From a virus (Duplodnaviria; Caudoviricetes), in IMG/VR virus record IMGVR_UViG_3300012936_002638, positions 1 through 55,980 of that record: a stretch of DNA of 55,980 nucleotides, one strand, 5' to 3'. Position 1 is the first letter of the stretch. Every line of letters begins with the position of its first letter. Below are positions 46,671 to 55,980 of the stretch, piece by piece. The position numbers and the translations under genes are program-made. The notes below the pieces were generated by a model. The model did not search any database and was not told the origin of the DNA. It was given only the letters and a program-made list of their open reading frames with translations.

Positions 46671-47852
46671 ATGTATTTCTTACTTGATAACGTGTTGCAA
46701 GCGCCTCACGGCGGAACAATATTGAAGTTACCTGGTGACGACACTCATACACGACCAATAGATTATATATTAGGACATTTTGATGACTTTAACTATAGAG
46801 ATTTTTATCATATAAATCGTATTGGTTTGTTAAATCCAAATACAACAAAGTTTATATTTAATGTTGTTCACATGCCCGAATGGGTTGACATTGTACTTTC
46901 TCAAGAAAGCATAAAGTTGTTAAATGACGATCCTAATACATATCTATGCATTATGAGTGTGTTAGAATATTTAATCAGTCCAAAGAAGTTAGCAAATGAA
47001 ATACAAAGATTAAACATACCTTTAAACAAAGTTGTTGTTTTGTGCAGTAACCATGAGGCACATTTTAAAACAATAGAAGGTATAAGGTATATATGTATTA
47101 ACTTTTGGGAAAGTATTAGTAGACATCATCATCAAACTTTACCACACACAACAGTTACAACTCCAGACGAACTAGATATTGATAATGCTAAGAAAAAGTT
47201 TTTATGTTTAAATCGTAACATTAAACCGCATAGAATATGGCTTATGTACAGTATACTTAAAAGCAAGATACTAGAAGAAGGACATGTAAGCTATGCTTTA
47301 CCTGATGTAGCAAGAGGCGAACACGAAGAAGTCAGCAAGGGCGAACACACTCTAAAACGTATACCAGAAGATCTACATGACGATTACTATATGCATCTTC
47401 TACAAAACATGTATACTCGTAAACTTGATATCTTAGATACTTTGAATGTTATAAACTATAATGATACACTCAAACCTTTTTACAATGACAGTGTAGTAAG
47501 CGTTGTAACAGAAAGTGATAGTACAAAAAACTTTATCACAGAAAAAACTTATAAAGCAATAATGAACTTACATCCGTTTTTTATTGTAGGCAATCCTGAA
47601 ATGCATACATTGTTAAGAGCAAGAGGCTATGAAACATTTGAAGAACTGTTTGGTTTGACACAAGTTACAAACTATAGACATGCAATGGTATTATGGCATA
47701 AACTAAAAACAACGGATTTACAAATCCTAAAAAAGAAAGTTAAGGAAGAATATTTAGATAAATTAATACATAATCAGAACTTATTTCTAAGTAGAACTGT
47801 AAGTTGGAAAGACATAAAAAATAATCTTGAAACTGTGCTAGGAAAAAATTGA
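46671..47852 (+). CDS. Hypothetical glycosyltransferase-like protein
   Basis: FLCLNRNIKPHR, VSVVTES, FITEKTYKAI, LRARGYETF. Confidence 0.5.
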   Translation: MYFLLDNVLQAPHGGTILKLPGDDTHTRPIDYILGHFDDFNYRDFYHINRIGLLNPNTTKFIFNVVHMPEWVDIVLSQESIKLLNDDPNTYLCIMSVLEYLISPKKLANEIQRLNIPLNKVVVLCSNHEAHFKTIEGIRYICINFWESISRHHHQTLPHTTVTTPDELDIDNAKKKFLCLNRNIKPHRIWLMYSILKSKILEEGHVSYALPDVARGEHEEVSKGEHTLKRIPEDLHDDYYMHLLQNMYTRKLDILDTLNVINYNDTLKPFYNDSVVSVVTESDSTKNFITEKTYKAIMNLHPFFIVGNPEMHTLLRARGYETFEELFGLTQVTNYRHAMVLWHKLKTTDLQILKKKVKEEYLDKLIHNQNLFLSRTVSWKDIKNNLETVLGKN

Positions 47853-49072
47853 CCCAAGACTTCAAAAAACATTTTTGCATGGCGCCTTGGACACACATGA
47901 GCGTTTGGCAGAACGGAGATTCGTATCCGTGCTGTATATACCATTGGGACATGCCAGTAGGCAATATAAACACAGCAGGCTTTAAGGGTGTATGGAACAG
48001 TCAAAAAATGCGTGATTTACGATTGCGTATGCTAGGAAATGTAGCCAGTGAAGGTTGTAAAAAATGTATTAACTATGACGAACAAGGTATAATAAGTTAT
48101 AGACACAAGTTTAACACAGAATACGATCATCATTTTAATCTTGTTGAAAGCACTAAAGCAGATGGTACAGTAGACCAAATGAACTTAGCATACTTTGATG
48201 TGCGGTTTAGTAATCTGTGCAATATGAAATGTCGTAGTTGTGGTCCACACTTCAGCAGTAAGTGGGCAGAGGATTACACAGGCAAACCCGAAATAGTACA
48301 AATCAATCATCAAGACATGTGGGAAGAAATAGAAGAAATACTACCTACTATAGAAGAAGTATACTTTACAGGCGGCGAAAGTTTGTTTATGCCACAGCAT
48401 TATAGATTGCTAGATATGCTTATAGAGCGTGGACTCAAACCGAGACTGACATATAACAGCAACGCCACACGCCTTAGTCTTAAAGGCAAACACATTAAAG
48501 ATTATTGGAGTCATTTTGATAAGATTTTTTATTGTGTTAGTTGTGATCAAGTAGGACCTAAAGCTGAATACACAAGAGCAGGACAAAAATGGCAAACTGT
48601 TTTTGACAACCTATGTTACATACGTGATAACTTTGAACACAGTTATGATAAGGGAGTAATCATACAACCTAACCCAACTATTAGCGTTTTAAACATTTTA
48701 GATTTACGTAAAATATTAAACTTTTTGTTTGATAATAACATTCCTACAGATTACGATATAAATCTAAGTAATGTTTTAGTCGGTCCTGAATGGTTAAGTA
48801 TTACTATATTGCCAAAGCATATAAAAGATTTGGCTAAAGAAAATTTATTACTGTTCAAACAAGATGTTGAAAAGCTATACAATGACAAAAAAATATATCA
48901 TCAAAGACGTGACTTTCTTGATGATGGAATAGATAATATTATTAACTTTATGTATAACAGTGATGACACACGTTTGATTCCTAAGTTTAGACAGGAAATG
49001 CAAAAGATAGATAGAGCACGTAGAGAAAACTTTGTATATGTTTTTCCGGAGTTGAAGGATTTGTATGTCTGA
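47849..49072 (+). CDS. Radical SAM protein with N-terminal SPASM/twitch-like domain
   Basis: FCMAPW..PCC..CKKC; CNMKCRSC; FTGGE. Confidence 0.88.
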   Translation: MTQDFKKHFCMAPWTHMSVWQNGDSYPCCIYHWDMPVGNINTAGFKGVWNSQKMRDLRLRMLGNVASEGCKKCINYDEQGIISYRHKFNTEYDHHFNLVESTKADGTVDQMNLAYFDVRFSNLCNMKCRSCGPHFSSKWAEDYTGKPEIVQINHQDMWEEIEEILPTIEEVYFTGGESLFMPQHYRLLDMLIERGLKPRLTYNSNATRLSLKGKHIKDYWSHFDKIFYCVSCDQVGPKAEYTRAGQKWQTVFDNLCYIRDNFEHSYDKGVIIQPNPTISVLNILDLRKILNFLFDNNIPTDYDINLSNVLVGPEWLSITILPKHIKDLAKENLLLFKQDVEKLYNDKKIYHQRRDFLDDGIDNIINFMYNSDDTRLIPKFRQEMQKIDRARRENFVYVFPELKDLYV

Positions 49073-50282
49073 AGCGTTAAAAAATAGCAAACATTTTTGT
49101 ATGATGCCTTGGATACATTTACACATGTGGCCTGCTGGTACTACATATCCTTGTTGTATGAGCGATCCTATACACCCTGTAGGAAATACACAAACACAAA
49201 GTCTGCAAGACATATGGAATGGTGAACAGATGCGTGAGCTACGTATGAACATGCTACACGATAAGCCAAGTAAAGAGTGCAGACGTTGTTATGAACTAGA
49301 AGAAAACGGTATGGGTACGTTACGACAAGGTAGTATACGTAATCACGGTGTAAACCATTGGGATAAAGTACATTCAACTGCTGACGATGGCAGTGCTGGT
49401 GATGTTAATATGGCATACATGGATATACGATTTAGTAATCTTTGTAATCTAAAATGTCGTAGTTGCGGACCACAGTTTAGTAGTAGTTGGTTTGAAGATC
49501 ATAAAGCATTACATGGTGACCCAGGACATAAGAAAATATTAAAAGTACGTGAAGACATGCGAAACTTTATGGACGAACTAGAACCATTGTTAGGAGCAGT
49601 TGAACAAGTATATTGGGCAGGAGGAGAACCTCTTATTACAGAAGAACATTATCGTGTGCTTGATAAATGGATTGAAATGGGCAAGCATGATGTTAAAATG
49701 GATTACACTACAAACTTTACTCAAATGTACTATAAGAAGAAAACAGCATTTGAATATTGGAATAAGTTTGAACATGTAAGAGTGGCTGGTAGTATTGATG
49801 CTAATCATGCTAGGGCAGAATACTTGCGTAAAAATATGATATGGTCACAAGTAGTACAAAATAGACGCACTATGTTAGAGCAGTGTCCACATGTATATTT
49901 TGAACTAACCCCCACAGTAAGCGTTTATAACGTGTTAAACCTGCCGGATTTCCACAAAGAGTGGATTGAAGAAGGACTTTTAGAACCTGCAAACCTACGT
50001 ATCAATATTCTACTGGATCCAACGTATATGCGGTTAAGTATATTACCACCCTGGATTAAAGAGCGTGTTATGAGAAGGTATGATGAACACTTAGATTATC
50101 TTAAACAGTTTGAAGAAATCAAAATGGAAAGTATTAGGCAAGATTATAAAAATATTTTGCAGTTTATGGAACAAGATAGAACTAATGAAATAAGAATGTT
50201 TATGTATAAAACACGTAAAACTGATAGTCTTAGAGAAGAAGATGTGTTTCAAGTTTTTCCTGAACTAAGGGAAATAGCGTAA
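49065..50282 (+). CDS. Radical SAM protein with N-terminal SPASM/twitch-like domain
   Basis: FCMMPW..PCC..CRRC; CNLKCRSC; AGGEP. Confidence 0.88.
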   Translation: MSEALKNSKHFCMMPWIHLHMWPAGTTYPCCMSDPIHPVGNTQTQSLQDIWNGEQMRELRMNMLHDKPSKECRRCYELEENGMGTLRQGSIRNHGVNHWDKVHSTADDGSAGDVNMAYMDIRFSNLCNLKCRSCGPQFSSSWFEDHKALHGDPGHKKILKVREDMRNFMDELEPLLGAVEQVYWAGGEPLITEEHYRVLDKWIEMGKHDVKMDYTTNFTQMYYKKKTAFEYWNKFEHVRVAGSIDANHARAEYLRKNMIWSQVVQNRRTMLEQCPHVYFELTPTVSVYNVLNLPDFHKEWIEEGLLEPANLRINILLDPTYMRLSILPPWIKERVMRRYDEHLDYLKQFEEIKMESIRQDYKNILQFMEQDRTNEIRMFMYKTRKTDSLREEDVFQVFPELREIA

Positions 50283-52438
50283 TGGGTTTTTTCGAACAAG
50301 CAAAAAAGGATAGGAAAGCACCTGATCGTCCTACGTTTAGCGAAGACAAACATGTTGCTACATTACAAGCTATTGCAAAATATAGTAAGCCTGCCCAAAA
50401 AGGATTAGAAAATCTAGAAATCGAATACAATATAAACAGAACTACAAGACTATGTTTATGTTTGTTACCAGAATGGGATCCAAGTTTTCCTCCTTATAAC
50501 ACAGCAAAGTTAGCAAGTGCGGCAAAACGTGCAGGCTATGCTGTAAAAAGTTTTGACATAAATGTAGAAGCATGGGATAGATATAAAACAGAAAAATGGC
50601 AGATCCCTTTCAACCCTTGGGATCCACTACGTGATTGGCACTGGTTACCTGAACATTACTTTGATGATATACATGAATATTTGCAACCACTACTAGATGA
50701 AAAGATAAAAGAGATTGTAGAGTTTAAGCCAGACGTAGTAGGATTTACATTATACTATTGTAATAATGCACCAACTAGATATATGACGCAAAAAATAAAA
50801 GAACAAATACCAAATGTAACTATTATGGTTGGCGGTCCAAGCACTCATAGTAGTTATTACAAAGGTGATGAGTTATTTGATTATGTTGTTAATGGTGAAG
50901 GTGAACAACCTTTGTTACTAGCATTAGCAAGTATAGAAGGCAAAAAAGGTATACAATACACAGAAAAAGAAACTAGTAAGATTATACGTCAACCTGAAAA
51001 CCAACGTTACAATCTTAGTACACTACCTTTGCCAGATTATAGTGACTTCGACTTTCAAAAGTATAAGTTTCCTAATGGTGCTTTATGTGAAATATCAAGA
51101 GGTTGTATTGCAAAGTGTACTTTCTGTGAAGAAACACACTTTTGGAAATACAGACAACGTAATGCTACAAGCACATTAGATGAGATTGAACATATGTATT
51201 ATGAACATGGCACTAATGTATTTTGGTTTATTGACAGTTTAGTAAATGGCAATCTTAATGAACTACGTGGATTTGTTGTAGGCGTTGCTGAAAAAGGATT
51301 AGATATACATTGGACTGGTTATTGTAGATGTGACGGACGTATGGATTTAGATTTCTATAAGGATTTAAAAGCAGGTGGTTGTGAAGTGCTTAACTATGGC
51401 ATAGAATCAGGCAGTCAAAAAGTTTTAGATCTAATGGATAAAAAAGTTACAGTAGAAGAAATGGAAGCAAACTTCCGTGACGGCTATGCTGTTGGTATAG
51501 ATGCAATGACTAACTGGATAGTAGGCTTTCCAAATGAAGGTTATAAAGAACTAGAAGATACTTTAACTTTTTTATATAGAGTAAAAGATCAAGGATTGAT
51601 TGCTATAAGCCAAGGCACTGGATTCAGTGTAGGTGTAGATACTATTGTTGGACAAAACTTTAACAAGTTTGACTTGTCTCCTTTTTATTATTATGATCAC
51701 TGGATTACAAACGATTATAAACTTAGTATTGTACACAAACTTATAAGAATGAAAACTTTTAGTATTTTTACAGACTTTTTAAACACAGAAAAAATATGTA
51801 GTAAACCTACAAGAAATAATCTGGCGGAAAAGCATTATAAAATAGAGTTACACAATCCTGATAAAGAACTTCAAATAGAATATGATTACGATGACTTTAA
51901 CTATGACATTATACAACCTGGAATCAGCAACTTTGCAGATAGTCTAGTTAACGAGATTTGGCCATTCTTAAGAATAATGTGGCGTACAAGAGGAGGTTAC
52001 ACACTTAATCTAAAGTTTGTCAAAGAATGGGAATACGAAGAATGGGGAGAACGAAATGCGGCTCCTTTAAATGCAGAATACAAGTTTGAAATAGATGATG
52101 CTGGTAACTGGACTGCTGACTTTTGGTGGGATTATCAACAAGACGAATACACTGATTGGAACGACAAGTATTGGATAGAAGATGGCAAAATGAGAATGAG
52201 TCCTGATCCATGGAGCCCTGTTTGGAGTATTATGGACTTCACACGGGATAACAGTAACAGTGTTATACGTGCTAGAAAACTAGCATGGAAAGGTGATGAA
52301 AAGTACAAAGGCAGAGATCCATATAGTGCAACAGATTTAAATGTATTTAGACAGCATGAAAGAGATTTTTTAAGAGCAAGAAATATTGATTTTAGTTTTA
52401 AGTATGACTGGCAAGGAAGTGGTAAATGGACAGTATGA
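50282..52438 (+). CDS. B12-binding-domain radical SAM protein
   Basis: PDVVGFT, VGGP, GEGE, SRGCIAKCTFC, GIESGSQKVL, IVGFPNE. Confidence 0.88.
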   Translation: MGFFEQAKKDRKAPDRPTFSEDKHVATLQAIAKYSKPAQKGLENLEIEYNINRTTRLCLCLLPEWDPSFPPYNTAKLASAAKRAGYAVKSFDINVEAWDRYKTEKWQIPFNPWDPLRDWHWLPEHYFDDIHEYLQPLLDEKIKEIVEFKPDVVGFTLYYCNNAPTRYMTQKIKEQIPNVTIMVGGPSTHSSYYKGDELFDYVVNGEGEQPLLLALASIEGKKGIQYTEKETSKIIRQPENQRYNLSTLPLPDYSDFDFQKYKFPNGALCEISRGCIAKCTFCEETHFWKYRQRNATSTLDEIEHMYYEHGTNVFWFIDSLVNGNLNELRGFVVGVAEKGLDIHWTGYCRCDGRMDLDFYKDLKAGGCEVLNYGIESGSQKVLDLMDKKVTVEEMEANFRDGYAVGIDAMTNWIVGFPNEGYKELEDTLTFLYRVKDQGLIAISQGTGFSVGVDTIVGQNFNKFDLSPFYYYDHWITNDYKLSIVHKLIRMKTFSIFTDFLNTEKICSKPTRNNLAEKHYKIELHNPDKELQIEYDYDDFNYDIIQPGISNFADSLVNEIWPFLRIMWRTRGGYTLNLKFVKEWEYEEWGERNAAPLNAEYKFEIDDAGNWTADFWWDYQQDEYTDWNDKYWIEDGKMRMSPDPWSPVWSIMDFTRDNSNSVIRARKLAWKGDEKYKGRDPYSATDLNVFRQHERDFLRARNIDFSFKYDWQGSGKWTV

Positions 52439-53643
52439 GTGATACATATTGCGTATATCCTTTTATAAACGTACATACAAACACCGACGGCAGATGCAAA
52501 CTTTGTTGTCACGTTTATAGTGAAGACTACATTCAAGTAGATGGCAAAGATGCTGTGCTTGGCAAAACTGATTGGAACAATATATGGAACAGTCAATACA
52601 TGTTAGATGTAAGGGCAAAAATGTTAGCAGGCATGCAAGTGAAAGAATGCAAACGCTGTATCGAGCATGAAGGGAAAGGTTTACAAAGTAGTAGGCAGTG
52701 GGCAAACGAAAACTATAGAGCACCCATGTTGCATAGCAATCCTACTCACCTGGAACTTCGGCTTGGTAATAAATGTAATCTCAAATGTAATAGTTGCTGG
52801 AGCGTAAGCAGTAATCAAATATATAAAGAACGTAAAAAAATATTAGCAAATGAAACTGTACCTAAATGGTTAGATGATCAATGGCAACACGAAATAAAAA
52901 GTGTAGAAGCATTTGACTATGCTTGGTATGAAACACAAGAGTTTCGTGATTTTGTAGACCAAGTTGCACCAACATTAGAACGTTTGTATATGACAGGTGG
53001 TGAGCCAACTATGATTGATGCTAATCAATATGTGCTTGACAAACTTGTAGAAGCTGGTAACACAAAATGCCACGTTGCTTGGACAACAAATATGACAACT
53101 TGGCCTGAAGGCTTTTATGACAAACTAGATTTTTTTGATAGCAGTGAAATACAGATGAGTATTGACGGTTATGGTAGTCACAATATGTATATCCGTTATC
53201 CAACAGCCTGGAACAAAGTAGAACAAAACTTTGAAAAGGCAATGCGTTTACCGTCTAAAGTTCAGTTGAAGATATATTTTGTATATCAAGCATGGAATGT
53301 ATTTGATGTAGACAGATTAATAAACTGGTTAGAATCAAAACAAACTAGACGTGTAGACTTTGTACCTATATTTTTAGAACATCCGGATCAACTACATAGT
53401 TGTGTTTGGCCAACTGAAATAAAACATAAAATAATAGGCAAGTTGTTCACATTAGATACAACAATGCATAGAGATCCTGTACAAAGAATCATAAACTACA
53501 CACAAAATACCAATAAATATTCACAGCAGAACATTGAAAGAATGAAAGAGTTTATAGCTATTAATGATAGATATCGCAAATATAAATTTGCTGATGTATT
53601 TCCAATGCTAAACTATATATTGGAAGACGTATGCAAAACATAA
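52435..53643 (+). CDS. Radical SAM protein with N-terminal SPASM/twitch-like domain
   Basis: YCVYPF..LCC..CKRC; CNLKCNSC; TGGEP; SIDG. Confidence 0.88.
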   Translation: MSDTYCVYPFINVHTNTDGRCKLCCHVYSEDYIQVDGKDAVLGKTDWNNIWNSQYMLDVRAKMLAGMQVKECKRCIEHEGKGLQSSRQWANENYRAPMLHSNPTHLELRLGNKCNLKCNSCWSVSSNQIYKERKKILANETVPKWLDDQWQHEIKSVEAFDYAWYETQEFRDFVDQVAPTLERLYMTGGEPTMIDANQYVLDKLVEAGNTKCHVAWTTNMTTWPEGFYDKLDFFDSSEIQMSIDGYGSHNMYIRYPTAWNKVEQNFEKAMRLPSKVQLKIYFVYQAWNVFDVDRLINWLESKQTRRVDFVPIFLEHPDQLHSCVWPTEIKHKIIGKLFTLDTTMHRDPVQRIINYTQNTNKYSQQNIERMKEFIAINDRYRKYKFADVFPMLNYILEDVCKT

Positions 53644-54623
53644 AGGCTATATTACCTGCCAAAGATAAATGGGTAAGCATTGTATGGCAAGTCAACGATT
53701 GGTGCAACTTTCGTTGCACATATTGTAGTGAATGGAACTGGGCAGGTAGAAATAAAAATGATAGTGATATAGATTTGATTGTTCAAACACTAGAACGTAT
53801 AATGTTGCACTACAAAAATAAAGGCTATCAATATTTTAAACTTTATCTCAGTGGAGGCGAACCTACCTTTTGGAAAGCATTACTACCTGTTGTTGAAAAG
53901 TTTAGAGAAATAGCAGAATGGCCTGGCAGTTGTGTAGGCATAAACACAAACTTCAGTAGGCCATTAAAATGGTGGCATGAGCATCATCATTTGTTCGAAG
54001 ACATTGTTGCAAGCTATCATGCGGAATGGAGCAAAGACGACAAATATATTGATACATATAAATTTTTACAAGATAAGAAAAACTATCTTTGTAGCCGTAT
54101 TATGATGCACCACGACCATTTTGAACAATGCGTTGCATTTGGTGACAGAATAAAGAATGAGTGCGACAACTATATGATTGAGTATGCTCCTGTATATGAC
54201 GAACTACGTCCTAGCACAAGTCCATACTGGTATGAAGAAGAATGGAAAATGGATTTCTTCAAAACAAATAGTACAGTGCAACAGCAAAGTATTCCAATAC
54301 ACAAAGAGCCTAGTTATGCATGGGCTAAAACATGGTTCGAAGATGACACAATAGAACCAATAAACACTAATGGTATTATTACAGAAGGAAAAAACTTCTT
54401 TCAAGGTTGGTTATGTAACATACACGAAAGTTTACATATACATCCTAATGGACAAATACAACAAGCAAGTTGCGGTGTAGGTCCTATAGTAGGCAATATC
54501 GTTAAAGGCGAGTTCAATACAACAATGAGTGATGGAGTGTGGTGTCCAAAAACTCATTGTCATTGTGCCGCAGATTTTAACATCACTAAAGCAAGGCCAG
54601 AGTATGCAGAACAAATTAGATAA
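53631..54623 (+). CDS. Radical SAM protein with C-terminal Cys-rich domain
   Basis: CNFRCTYC, SGGEPT, C-terminal C..SC..CPKTHCHC. Confidence 0.85.
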   Translation: MQNIKAILPAKDKWVSIVWQVNDWCNFRCTYCSEWNWAGRNKNDSDIDLIVQTLERIMLHYKNKGYQYFKLYLSGGEPTFWKALLPVVEKFREIAEWPGSCVGINTNFSRPLKWWHEHHHLFEDIVASYHAEWSKDDKYIDTYKFLQDKKNYLCSRIMMHHDHFEQCVAFGDRIKNECDNYMIEYAPVYDELRPSTSPYWYEEEWKMDFFKTNSTVQQQSIPIHKEPSYAWAKTWFEDDTIEPINTNGIITEGKNFFQGWLCNIHESLHIHPNGQIQQASCGVGPIVGNIVKGEFNTTMSDGVWCPKTHCHCAADFNITKARPEYAEQIR

Positions 54624-55941
54624 GTTACCAGAAAAGTTTTGTATGCTTGCAATGCAAGGATTCAGTACACATGCACATGGCAGAACAAGACCTTGTTGTT
54701 TTAGTCGTATAGGTACAAATACTTACATGCCTGGAGTTCAAATACAAGGTATGAAAGAATGGGAACATCACGGTAATAGCAATGCAGAAACATTAGAAGA
54801 TTTTATTAACGATCCCGCAGTTATGAAACTTAGACAAGGACTATTGAAAAATGAAGTACCTGATGGTTGTAAAGGTTGTTTTGAACTAGAGGATCAAGGC
54901 ATAAGAAGTTTTAGACAAACCTGGAACGAAATATACGAACAAGATATAGACACTAGTCTAAAAAACATAAGTGAAGATGGACATTTAGATCCACAAGCAC
55001 TAACATACTTAGATATCAGTTTAGGCAATGTATGTAATCTAAAGTGTCGTAGCTGTAATCCTTGGGCAAGTCATAGGTGGATTGAAGAAGGGCCTACTGT
55101 ACCACATACAGATTGGGATAAAACTGCATATCATATTGCAAAACTTAGCAGTGAAGATCCTTGGTTTGTGAAAGCATTTGCCGAAGGCTGGTATGACGAT
55201 GTTTTACCCAATATTAGAGTTATAAATTTTATAGGTGGCGAACCATTAGTAGTACAAGAACATTATACATGGCTAGAGCATATTATTGATATGGGGCTTG
55301 CAAAACACATAGAACTACATTACAATACAAATGGCACTACAATACCTAAAAGGTTGTTAGATATTTGGGATAAGTTTAGAGGTGTTATATTAAGTTTAAG
55401 TATTGATGCTGTAGGCGACTTAGCATATTATGTAAGGTTTCCTAGTAAGTGGAAAATAATAGATAGGAACATAGAAAAGCTAAAGGAGTTTAGTGCTACA
55501 CGTAAGGGCGTATTAGTGCATACACACGTTACATTGAGCTTGCTTAACCTACATGACTTGCCAAACTTATTAGACTGGTGTAAGAAGCAGTATGATACAT
55601 GGCATTACACACATGATTGGGGAAACTATGGTTATCAAAACTGTTTACCGCATTTCAACATTGTAGAAAATCCAAGATATCTAAATATTAGAAACTTACC
55701 TGATGAGCGTAAAGCATTAATGAATACTATGTTAGAAGAACAACATCAAAGATTTAAAAATGCAAAACTGCCTGAGTGGGAACAATGGGCAGTTGATAAT
55801 ATTATTAGTTTGAAAAATATTTTAAATCAACCTCCAGATGAGGGCGATTGGCAAGTATTCATAGAGAATACACTTGCAAGTGATAAGTTTAGAAATGTAG
55901 ATATAAAAAAGTATATTCCATGGATGGAGAAATATTTTTGA
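54604..55941 (+). CDS. Radical SAM protein with N-terminal SPASM/twitch-like domain
   Basis: FCML..PCC..CKGC; CNLKCRSC; IGGEP; SIDA. Confidence 0.88.
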   Translation: MQNKLDKLPEKFCMLAMQGFSTHAHGRTRPCCFSRIGTNTYMPGVQIQGMKEWEHHGNSNAETLEDFINDPAVMKLRQGLLKNEVPDGCKGCFELEDQGIRSFRQTWNEIYEQDIDTSLKNISEDGHLDPQALTYLDISLGNVCNLKCRSCNPWASHRWIEEGPTVPHTDWDKTAYHIAKLSSEDPWFVKAFAEGWYDDVLPNIRVINFIGGEPLVVQEHYTWLEHIIDMGLAKHIELHYNTNGTTIPKRLLDIWDKFRGVILSLSIDAVGDLAYYVRFPSKWKIIDRNIEKLKEFSATRKGVLVHTHVTLSLLNLHDLPNLLDWCKKQYDTWHYTHDWGNYGYQNCLPHFNIVENPRYLNIRNLPDERKALMNTMLEEQHQRFKNAKLPEWEQWAVDNIISLKNILNQPPDEGDWQVFIENTLASDKFRNVDIKKYIPWMEKYF

Positions 55942-55980
55942 AACTTATAAGTTTTGGTGATGAACTCACACTTAATCCTT
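55938..55980 (+). CDS. 5' end of a possible SGNH-like protein, truncated by the window edge
   Basis: TTGA-coupled start MKLISFGDELT. Confidence 0.4.
   Translation, partial: MKLISFGDELTLNP

Noticed and set aside
47310-47350. Short imperfect direct repeat GCAAG(A)GGCGAACAC twice
   Set aside because: Only two copies inside a CDS (ARGEH/SKGEH); likely a local duplication with no evident function.
1-55980. Interpretation as a bacterial chromosome segment
   Set aside because: Housekeeping genes are isolated from their normal operons, shortened and interleaved with many small unknown ORFs, and T4-like late motifs recur. Hallmark virion genes are not in the window, so the phage call remains inferential.
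1-55980. Stop-codon reassignment (as in some large phages)
   Set aside because: Known genes are full-length in code 11; TAG ends infA and the methylase, TGA ends many genes; there is no suppressor tRNA in the array.
1-55980. CRISPR array, transposase, intron or intein
   Set aside because: I saw no regularly spaced DNA repeats, transposase motifs or interrupted conserved genes by eye; short or degenerate elements could have been missed.

Overview
AT-rich, densely packed, mostly plus-strand segment that reads as part of a large T4-like (myovirus/jumbo) phage genome. The host is probably a marine alphaproteobacterium (Rhodobacterales-like), inferred from the pseudoazurin, aa3-type oxidase subunit IV, porin and HO/PcyX genes. 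No capsid, tail or polymerase genes lie in the window, so the phage call rests on gene mosaicism, recurring TAAATA late-promoter motifs, GGTTGAC-N17 early promoters and a compact CCA-encoding tRNA array. Contents in order: (1) central-metabolism auxiliary genes (PEPCK, GAPDH, class I aldolase, DHODH-like, PRTase); (2) respiratory/envelope genes; (3) bS21, GMP reductase, Hsp20 with a ROSE-like RNA thermometer, ClpS, heme oxygenase and PcyX-like bilin reductase; (4) a curli-like secretion and signalling module (CsgF, CsgG, Fis-type HTH, two curlin-repeat proteins, FecR protein, CHASE2 adenylate cyclase); (5) IF-1, a nuclease/Dam-methylase pair, sugar-nucleotide enzymes and ClpP; (6) a minus-strand amidinotransferase/SGNH/2OG-oxygenase/PLP operon; (7) six tRNAs; (8) three nucleotidyltransferases of different folds, two with putative capsid-targeting N-termini; (9) a tandem array of six radical SAM enzymes. 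All calls come from motif recognition by eye, with no database searches.
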